In this document: positions 56,596-64,000 of the stretch, one piece after another
Position numbering within the stretch: the stretch's first letter is position 1
Layout: each line of letters opens with the position of its first letter
Assembly (NCBI GenBank): GCA_963754875.1
Contig: CAVWHO010000015.1
Coordinates: forward strand, 32,001-96,000
Reading direction: 5' to 3'
Source of the DNA: Nitrospirota bacterium
GTDB taxonomy: Bacteria > Nitrospirota > UBA9217
DNA: 64,000 nucleotides
Notes under the pieces: generated by a model
Databases searched by the model: none
Told to the model about the DNA's origin: nothing
Seen by the model: the letters and a program-made list of their open reading frames with translations, nothing else
Program-made: the position numbers and the translations under genes

Positions 56596-57769
56596 ACAAG
56601 CCTCCCTGTTCTATAGAAACAATAAACGTCGTGCCTTCGCCGTAAACACTCTCCACGGAGATGGAGCCGTTGATGAGTTCGGCGAGATTCTTGCTGATGG
56701 TCAGTCCGAGCCCCGTCCCTTCATGGGTTTTGGTTTTGGCGTCCTCGATCTGGCTGAATGCCGTAAACAGCTTCTCCCTATGCTCCGACCTGATGCCGGG
56801 GCCGGTATCGCTGACCGCAATTTCGAGCTTGCTGCCGATAAAGGAGAGCGATATGACGATTTCTCCCCGGTCGGTGAATTTTGCGGCATTACTCGCGAGG
56901 TTCATGACGATCTGGCGCAGTTTGATGGGGTCCGTGGTCGCCATGACGGGCATTGACGGCGCCATGACAATGACCTTCACCGGCTTGCTCCCGACGAGCA
57001 CCCGTGTTGTCTCCGCTATATCGGTAACGAGCGCCGAGGCATCGAAACGCCGCCGGGCCACTTCCATCTTCCCCGCTTCGATCTTCGACAGATCTAGGAT
57101 GTTCGTGATCACGGTGCGAAGGTTTGTTGCGCTTGAGATCATGAATGAGAGCCGTTCCTTTATCTGTTCGATCGACCCCTTGTCCGCCGCCATCCGAAGC
57201 AGTTCGGCAAGCCCGATAATAGCGTTTACCGGAGACCTGAGCTCGTGGGTAACGTTTGCGAGAAACTCGGATTTTACCCGGTTCATCTTTTCAAGCTCCT
57301 GTGCGCGCGCGCTGGCCATTTCCTTCTGGAGGATATTGCTTGCCAGAGCGTTGCTTTGCTGGATCACCAGCTGTTTTACCGACAGGAGGCCCCGGTAGGC
57401 ACCCTTGGCGGAGGTCACCAGAATCTCGTCGTAGATGTCCTGCGGCGGCCGCTCCAGGGCCTTGTCGATTACCACGTCGAGCCGCTCATCCTCGGGCACG
57501 ATGAGAGGGCTCGTGTCGGCTATGGCGATGATAGGGTATTTCCCGTAGAGTTCGAAGCCGAATCTCCGGAACAGCGTAAAGAGCAGCTTTGTCCTCGTGA
57601 CGAGGCCGACGGGCTCGTTCTCCTCGACCACGGCGATTGCATCCAGCTCGGTAGTCCTGAAAAACCGCTCTGCCACCTTGTTCACGACGGTCTGAGGCTT
57701 GACCAGCTCGTTGGATATGATGAGTTCCCCGACGGGGAGCACGTTTTTCTGTGCGTTCGTCGCTTGCAT
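56582..57769 (-). CDS. Soluble CBS-pair histidine kinase
   Basis: RBS AAGGAGG; CBS-like VVE..EPVGLV.R...YD...V...G.Y.GL..VK.L; FLANVTHELRSP, NLASNAAKFT, GTGLGL. Confidence 0.85.
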   Translation of the reverse strand: MQATNAQKNVLPVGELIISNELVKPQTVVNKVAERFFRTTELDAIAVVEENEPVGLVTRTKLLFTLFRRFGFELYGKYPIIAIADTSPLIVPEDERLDVVIDKALERPPQDIYDEILVTSAKGAYRGLLSVKQLVIQQSNALASNILQKEMASARAQELEKMNRVKSEFLANVTHELRSPVNAIIGLAELLRMAADKGSIEQIKERLSFMISSATNLRTVITNILDLSKIEAGKMEVARRRFDASALVTDIAETTRVLVGSKPVKVIVMAPSMPVMATTDPIKLRQIVMNLASNAAKFTDRGEIVISLSFIGSKLEIAVSDTGPGIRSEHREKLFTAFSQIEDAKTKTHEGTGLGLTISKNLAELINGSISVESVYGEGTTFIVSIEQGGLYDAE

Positions 57770-57841
57770 GGAACCTCCTTTTTTATTCGGATGCCGTTTT
57801 TGCAGTGTCCCGATCTTTTTTGCATCCACGCTTCCCTGTTC

Positions 57842-58933
57842 TCATGCCACGTCCCGCGATGGGGGGAGCGCCGCTCTATTTGCCTTGATAAAAGACACCG
57901 TAAAGACGCTGCCTTTCCCCGGCCGGCTGGTGACCGTGACTCCGCCGCCCATGGCATTTGCCAAGAGTTTGACGATATAGAGACCGAGTCCCGCGCCCTT
58001 TATGCGTTCGCTGCCCACGGCACGGTAGAACTTATCGAAGATCCGGGCCATATCAGCGTTCGCTATTCCGTTCCCTTCGTCCCTTATGAAAATATCTACC
58101 CGGTCGTTCTTCTCGTCGAAGGAGATCCGGACCGTTCCGCCCTTGTGGTTATATTTTACAGCGTTGGAAACGAGGTTGATCATGATCTGCCTGATTGCCG
58201 TTCCATTTCCCCGGACAAGCGACGTCGTGCTATTTTCTGCGATTATTTCAATATCCATTTTTTTTGCCGTATCATGGAAATAGTCGACTACTTCATTGAC
58301 CAGCAAACCGATGGCGACCGGCTCGCTGGACAAGCGCTCTTTCCCATTCTCGAGCCGGGAGAGAAGTGATGCGTCTTGAAGAAGGCTTTCGGCGTGAACG
58401 GCGGCAACATTGATTGTTTTCAAAAATTTACTCGAATCGTCCTTCTGCAAGGCAAGGGAAGAATATCCTCCGATGATGTGCAATGAGTTTTTCATTTCAT
58501 GTACCATATAGCGTAAAGCCGTGTCCTGCTCCTGCTCACGGATTTGAAGCTGCATGATCGTCTGATACCGGTCGATGTGCCTCCCTACTTTCAGCAGCAG
58601 TTCTTTCATGGAATAGGGTTTCGACAGGTAATCATCAGCCCCGAGGCTGAGCCCTCTGATCCGGGCCTCTTCGTCGGACAATGCCGTGACCACGATGATC
58701 GGCAGCGACTTTCCTTTCGTGCTCTCCCGTAGAATGCGGCAGACTTCCCATCCGCTGAGCTCGGGAAGCATGATATCCAGCAGGACCGCGTCGAGCCTAT
58801 GGCATTGAACCGCGTCGAGGGCTTCCTCCCCGCTTCGCGCGATCATTGTTTGATAGTTTTCTTTTTGGAGATGGTAGCTGAGAAGTTCGGCCAAATCATG
58901 CTCATCTTCAACAATGAGGATCTGTTTTTTCAT
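57842..58933 (-). CDS. Soluble REC-histidine kinase
   Basis: PhoB/OmpR-like receiver (VEDE, LDIMLP, GADDYLSKP); HEMKNSL, NLVSNAVKYN, FDKFYR, GAGLGL. Confidence 0.9.
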   Translation of the reverse strand: MKKQILIVEDEHDLAELLSYHLQKENYQTMIARSGEEALDAVQCHRLDAVLLDIMLPELSGWEVCRILRESTKGKSLPIIVVTALSDEEARIRGLSLGADDYLSKPYSMKELLLKVGRHIDRYQTIMQLQIREQEQDTALRYMVHEMKNSLHIIGGYSSLALQKDDSSKFLKTINVAAVHAESLLQDASLLSRLENGKERLSSEPVAIGLLVNEVVDYFHDTAKKMDIEIIAENSTTSLVRGNGTAIRQIMINLVSNAVKYNHKGGTVRISFDEKNDRVDIFIRDEGNGIANADMARIFDKFYRAVGSERIKGAGLGLYIVKLLANAMGGGVTVTSRPGKGSVFTVSFIKANRAALPPSRDVA

Positions 58934-58988
58934 TAAGCGTTCATCCCGGTTTTTTTGTGCACTTGCAGCGTGTACTATACGTGGATTA

Positions 58989-59028
58989 TGTTACCGGAGT
59001 ATGACGGCAAGGTTAAATGTTGGTTACT
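58989..59028 (-). promoter_or_regulatory. Second Pho-box-like array upstream of the REC-HK gene
   Basis: gttac, atgac, gttaa, gttac at 58990, 59001, 59012, 59023 (11-bp period; same polarity and similar distance to the ATG as at pstS). Confidence 0.6.
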
Positions 59029-59098
59029 GCGCGCGCACGAGAAGATATAAGGACAACCGCATGCATGGATTAGCTGGCGGAGTGTGCATTGAAAAGTT

Positions 59099-59926
59099 TT
59101 ATGGCTGGGCCTTCAGCGGTAAAGAAACCTCTGCAATCGTTCCCTCGCCCGGTTTACTCGCAAGGGAAATCACGCCATCGAGCTTTTTCACAAGGGCTTT
59201 GACAATTCTGAGGCCCAGGCCGGATGTCGCAAGGCCGTACATTTCATCATCATGCCTGCGATCGGATGACTCAATCACGGCTTGGATCTGTTCCGGCGGC
59301 ATCCCGTTGCCGGTATCGGCAACGGTCAGCCTGATCTTGTCGTCGTCTTTGCTCAGGATCACGGCAATCCTCCCCCGGGTGGTAAACCTCGCTGCATTGT
59401 TCATGAGCCCCGTCATGATCTGCCTGATCAGGGACGGGTCCGAGTAAATGACGACGGGACCGGGGCAGGAGACGTCCATGACGGTGACCGGCTTGTCCCC
59501 CACGATCGAGCGCGCAGCTTCCGACACGTCATGGAGCAGTGCAACAATGTCGAAGTGCTCGCCCACGGCTTCTGCGCGCTCTTTTTCGAGTTTTGTAAGT
59601 TCGAGAACAGAGGAGAGGGACGACGCAAGGTCTGCCGCTCCTGTCATGAGGAGCGAGAGCCGGTTTTGGACGGCTGCTAATTCTCCTTTTTCGTATGCCA
59701 CCCGCATGAGTTCGGCCATGCCGAGCATTTCATAAAGCGTCTGCCCGATATTCTGCGTCGCCCGCGAAATGACCGGCGAGATCAGACGAGGCGGCTCCCA
59801 GAAGGCCCGAAGCTCCATCCCCTGGACAGCGTTTGTGTTCAGGGACGGGAGAGCGCCTGCCTCGGCGGATGTGCTTCGCAAGCTTCGTTTCCTTGAATAA
59901 GCCGGGGCATGCTGTAGTGTCTTCAT
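59099..59926 (-). CDS. Histidine-kinase-like protein lacking the phosphoacceptor His (pseudokinase)
   Basis: SRATQNIGQTL aligns with ANVTHELRSPV of the CBS kinase; NNAARFT, DTGNGM and SGLGL are retained. Confidence 0.75.
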   Translation of the reverse strand: MKTLQHAPAYSRKRSLRSTSAEAGALPSLNTNAVQGMELRAFWEPPRLISPVISRATQNIGQTLYEMLGMAELMRVAYEKGELAAVQNRLSLLMTGAADLASSLSSVLELTKLEKERAEAVGEHFDIVALLHDVSEAARSIVGDKPVTVMDVSCPGPVVIYSDPSLIRQIMTGLMNNAARFTTRGRIAVILSKDDDKIRLTVADTGNGMPPEQIQAVIESSDRRHDDEMYGLATSGLGLRIVKALVKKLDGVISLASKPGEGTIAEVSLPLKAQP

Positions 59927-59963
59927 ATTTTCTCCCTTCTCCATTCAGAACAAAGCGTGTCCT

Positions 59964-60965
59964 TCATGAAACCGGGGCCGCCTCTTTCGGACGCATCCTG
60001 AACAGAAAGAACAGCGCAGCAGCCAGAAGCAGCAAAAAGTAAAACGTAAAAAAACGCCAACCTGCAGTCACGATGCCGATTGTCTCGGCCGGCAGAAATG
60101 AGCGATAGAAAACAGAAAAAAGGGCCTCTGCGCCGCCGATGCCGCCCGGCGTGGGAACGAACGCCAGCAGCGCAAAGACGATCACCTGGAGCGCCATGAA
60201 CAGCATGGGCCGGGGAGTGATGCCGAGGCCCAGGAGCAGCAGGGAGATGATTGAATACCGGCAGATCCACTGGATCGTCGTGAGGGCCATGGTCAGGGCA
60301 AAAACTTTTTTCCCCTTCAGGACGATGGTGTGATACGTCGCAACGAACTCATGGCAGGAGCCCCTGATGCGGCCTGTAATTGTACGTAAAATAGGAAAGC
60401 GCTCTGTGATTTTTTTTGAACGACGGCTTGCCGCAAGTGTGCCTGCGAGGAGCAGTAGGCTTGCTGCTCCCGGCAAAATCCAGCATGATACATGCCCGAG
60501 TCCGGCAGTGGAGCTCCTGACAATCGGTAGGTCCCATGCTGAAGACATTGTGAGAGCTATGGGGACCATGACGAGAAAAAAAAGGGTGTCTTCGAAACTT
60601 TCAAGTAGTGCGAGGGACAGTGCCGCGCCTCCGGAAAACCCTTGTTGCATCAGCATCCAGGTTTTTATCGGTCCACCGCCGACCGCGGGAGGGCTTGCAG
60701 CTGCACCGAGTTCCACGCCTATCGCAATAGCGAACATATCCCGGTAACGCTGGTCTTTGCCGAGGAATTTGCTCCAGATGAGGAGCCTGAACGATCCGGT
60801 AAACCAGGGAACGATACACAGAAGCATTGCAAGGACAAAGTACGCCGGCGAAAATCGCACAACAGAACTCATCATCGCATGATCCGTGAACGCGAACAAA
60901 TAGACTATGTTACCGATGACGCCGATCGGTATAAGAATGAACAGCTTATTGAACAGCATATTCAT
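59964..60965 (-). CDS. Lysylphosphatidylglycerol-synthase-TM / UPF0104 flippase-like membrane protein
   Basis: Many TM helices; SP...GGGP, PTPGGIGGAE, WRFFTFY. Confidence 0.85.
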   Translation of the reverse strand: MNMLFNKLFILIPIGVIGNIVYLFAFTDHAMMSSVVRFSPAYFVLAMLLCIVPWFTGSFRLLIWSKFLGKDQRYRDMFAIAIGVELGAAASPPAVGGGPIKTWMLMQQGFSGGAALSLALLESFEDTLFFLVMVPIALTMSSAWDLPIVRSSTAGLGHVSCWILPGAASLLLLAGTLAASRRSKKITERFPILRTITGRIRGSCHEFVATYHTIVLKGKKVFALTMALTTIQWICRYSIISLLLLGLGITPRPMLFMALQVIVFALLAFVPTPGGIGGAEALFSVFYRSFLPAETIGIVTAGWRFFTFYFLLLLAAALFFLFRMRPKEAAPVS

Positions 60966-61023
60966 TCGTGTTCCCGGATTTTCTTTGGGCGCTAAAGGAC
61001 CGGGGATTCGGTTTCTGGCAACT

Positions 61024-62883
61024 TCATGCGCAGGTTGCATGTCGCTCCCGTTCCAGGGCTTCATGATAGGCCAGGAATTGACGGGAACCATCCTTGCCCA
61101 GATACCGCTCCAGCATCCGGGGCTCTGTCTTCGTCAGGTCGACCATGATCAGACCGTCAAGAGCATTTCCAAAGGCCGGGTCCACATTGAAGCCGGCGAT
61201 CGTGCCGCCGAGCTTGAGATACTGCTTCAGCAGGACCGGGACCCCCTTGCGGTCTCTTTCCACGCAGGATATCAGTTTCGACAGTTCCTCGACATCCTCC
61301 TTCAGGAGCTGGACCGCGGCATCGATGTCCCAGCCCTTGAGTGATTTCGATTGAAGCGGCTTTCTTGCTTTCACGAATCCGGCCACATCATCCTGGTATC
61401 TGGCTTTTTTCAGATAGCCGACCATGAGCTGTTTCGACAGGGCATGGTACTCGTCGGTGATGCTCACCGGTCCGAATAATGTTTTATACTGCGGGTTATC
61501 GACAACGAACCTGCCGATTCCTTTCCAAAGGAGCAGAAGCGGAGCAAAGGATTTCTGATATTCCAGCCGAATGAAGGAACGCCCCATTTCCAGCGCCGGA
61601 CCGAGCCGCGCGATCAGCGCCGGTTGATAGCGGAAGAGGGTGTTCGTATAGAGTCCGCGTACGCCCTGCTTTTTCACGATCTCATCGGTCTTGCCGAGAC
61701 GGTAGGAACCGACGACCTGATTTTTTTCAACGGTTCCAGATGAACAGGTGGAGTATAGGTATGATCGAACCGGTCGAGGTCAACGGCTTTTCCCGGTCCC
61801 TTCGCCCACGGCGCGGAAGGTGATCTCGCGCAGCCTGCCGATCTCAAGCAGGATATGAGGTATCTGATCGGCCGTCGCTTGAAGCACGAGATACTCGCCG
61901 TTTTCATGAAGGATCTGGCTCGGCGGCAGCTGACGGATTTCTTCCGCCATGACCTCTGTCGTTCCGGGGCGACATGATCGCGCCCATGGTATCGCGTTTC
62001 GCCTTTTGGACATAAAGGCGGCAATGGCGGGAGTCTTTTGCCTGACTGCTGCGATGCTCCAGGATATACGTGCGAAGCCTCAAGTAGGCCGTCATATCGG
62101 CATCCTGTTCAAAGGAAGCGAGCTTCTTGAAGGAGATGAGGTCTCCGACGCGCATTTTGATTCTTTTTGTCCCTTGTTCAACAGTTCATTCGGCAGCATG
62201 GCAGTGCGGAGGAACGGATGGACCATGCCCGCCATGTGAAAGGCCGCGCTGTTCGTGCCCTGGAAGAACATCGGGAGCACCGGCGCGCCGGTCTTTCGGA
62301 TGATGCGGGCGATACTGTGGCTCCAGTCGGGATCGGTGATCGTGCCTTTCTGCAGGTCGAAATGAGATACCGCGCCGGCGGGAAAGACCACGAGCATGCC
62401 GTTGTTCTGCACCCACTGGATGGATTCCCTGATCGGTTTGATGTTGTCGCGGACCGATGTCGTTCCCTTGAAGGGGTTTACGGTGATGAGTAAATCCCGT
62501 ATTTCCGGTACGGCATTCAGCAGGTAGTTGGCCATGAACTTGACGTCGACGCGCATCTTGCGGAGGATCGATGCCAGGATCACGGTTTCGATGCCTCCGA
62601 AAGGATGGTTTGCCACGACGATCACCGGACCTTTGGCCATCATGATCCGGGCAAGGTCTTCTTCCGGCAGATCATAGGAGACGCACCAGTTGTCCCAGGA
62701 TCTTGTCCGGGAACGGCCGGTCGTCCCGCAGCCTGCTGACGTCGTCATAGATCCGGTTCAGCCGGGGAAGAGCCAGGACATGTTCTATCGGTCCTTTGAC
62801 CAGGGAAAACAGTTTGTTCTGGAGCGGGTTCTTGAAATCCACGTTCAGGTTGAATATCCGTTTGGTTGTGTCTGATTCATCAT
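61024..62883 (-). CDS. olsF: Bifunctional acyltransferase + GNAT ornithine-lipid synthase (OlsF-like), several frameshifts
   Basis: PlsC-type ANHPFGG...FPAG; GNAT EIGRLREITFRAVGEG, DLDRFD, LEMGRSF, LLLLWKGI, PVLLKQYLKLG across frames. Confidence 0.75.
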
Positions 62884-62897
62884 GCCTCCTTGAAATC

Positions 62898-63002
62898 AGT
62901 TCAAAGTTCACTAGTTCAGAGTTCAAAGTAAAATCATTCGCACTCCTATGCACTCTGAACTTTGTATCCTGTACTATTTTTTGTGCACTCCGAACTCGAA
63001 CT
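62898..63002. repeat. Inverted pair of heptamer arrays (AGTTCAR / YTGAACT)
   Basis: agttcaa agttcac t agttcag agttcaa ... ctgaact ttgtatc ctgtact ... gtgcact ccgaact cgaact. Confidence 0.7.
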
Positions 63003-63013
63003 ATGATCTATAT

Positions 63014-64000
63014 TTACGCCACCCTCGCCCGAATGGTGTCCGTGATACGGTAACTCCAGGACCAGACGCCTGTCTCCGGGCAGGGAGACAGACGGGAATC
63101 GCGGCCTATCACATACCGGTTTCCCCGCCAGACCACGGTTGAGCTCAAAAGCGGCACGAACCACAAAATTCCGATGAGAAGGTCTTTGATCGGGGCCAGC
63201 AAATAGACGAGTGACGACGGTTTGTGCAGATCGGTCCTTGCGCGACGACGCCTCGATCGCTCTCCCGATGAAGGCATCGCCGAGAATTTTTACCAGGCCG
63301 ACAAGGACCGCACAGGAGAGGGTTTCACGAGACGGCTTGAACAGGATTGGCAAAGAAGCGATAAAAACCGGATTGGCAAGAAGTTCTGAAACGTATTTGA
63401 TCCCCGCCGATCTTCCATCTGAGCTTTCCCCACCGCGTATGGCGGTTCAAAAAACGTTTGACGCCCCAGTACTCATTCACATTGCTGACCAGGTAATTCG
63501 ACAAGACGACCCTTTTCCCGCTCCGCTTCATTTCCCGTCCGATGATGAAATCTTCAGCCAGGATGTCTTTGAAGGCAGTAAGACCTCCGAGCATCTCCAG
63601 ATCGTGCTTCTTCATGAGCATGGACTTACCGATGACGCAGGGCATGCTGAGGAACCTGTCGAGAAAGCTGACGCTCCCGATAATGAACGAGTTCAGGTGA
63701 AGGTTCTCAAAAAGAGCGCCAAAGCTCCGTCCGCCCACTCCCTGGATCAGGTTGCTGACGAGCCCGACTTCGGGGTCCTTGGTATGTCCCATGATTTCTT
63801 TCAGGTAATTTTTGTCCACCAGTGACATTGCTGTCGCTTATGAGAATGTAAGGATGACGGGATTTTCGATACGCGGGGATGAGGTTGTTGACTTTGGGGT
63901 TGAGTCCGACGTTGCACTTCTCGATGATGAGGGATATGTTTCGGTCGGGGTATTTGTCCTGGATTTTTTTTGCTACTTTGTACGCTGGATCGTTGAAGTC
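63014..64000 (-). CDS. Ceramide glucosyltransferase/HpnI-like GT21 (partial, frameshifted)
   Basis: DPA, GLNPKVNNL, ISDSNV, GKSML, LAEDF, RHTRW, V.WRG..Y. Confidence 0.85.

Noticed and set aside
57842..58933. Calling this gene phoB or phoR
   Set aside because: The receiver is PhoB-like but there is no winged-helix domain, and the kinase lacks the TM and PAS regions of PhoR
1..64000. Many overlapping or antisense ORFs in the track (e.g. 7022-7996 -, 32119-32913 +, 49026-50138 -, 54024-55097 -, 57245-58369 +)
   Set aside because: They shadow well-supported genes and carry no motifs; expected in GC-rich coding DNA
1..64000. CRISPR array, rRNA, tRNA, prophage, DGR or retron
   Set aside because: No repeat-spacer pattern, no recognisable RNA gene, and no reverse transcriptase, integrase or phage genes seen

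Overview
A 64 kb bacterial chromosome segment. Gene style suggests Nitrospirota or Desulfobacterota (inference only). Clustered single-base frameshifts at about 9.6 kb, 34.3-39.2 kb and 61.7-63.9 kb suggest a partly unpolished long-read or MAG assembly. From left to right: (1) a Met-rich lipoprotein, a Met/His-rich periplasmic protein and an outer-membrane beta-barrel; (2) housekeeping and signalling genes (rsmA, gmhA, HDOD/GGDEF, infA, Ap4A phosphorylase, an intact IS630, lgt, UDG); (3) a late-flagellar locus with an FlhB-C/FliK-like pair, a sigma28-driven TPR protein, an approximately 3,680-aa multi-enzyme glycosylation protein facing flagellin-ORF-flbT-flaF, and a sigma28 operon with HD-GYP, PilZ and two different motAB stator pairs; (4) two large PAS kinases with Cys-rich inserts and three deletion-scar genes; (5) a phosphate-starvation island: pstSCAB-phoU, two Pho-box-like arrays, a soluble phosphorelay (REC-HK, CBS-HK, a His-less pseudokinase paralog, two lone REC proteins) and phosphorus-free lipid genes (OlsF-like, GT21, flippase-like). 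The best candidates for an undescribed system are the single-polypeptide flagellin glycan assembly line with its sigma28 TPR neighbour, the Pho-linked CBS kinase/pseudokinase relay, and the Met-rich envelope trio. No rRNA, tRNA or CRISPR array was seen. All family assignments come from motif recognition, not database searches.
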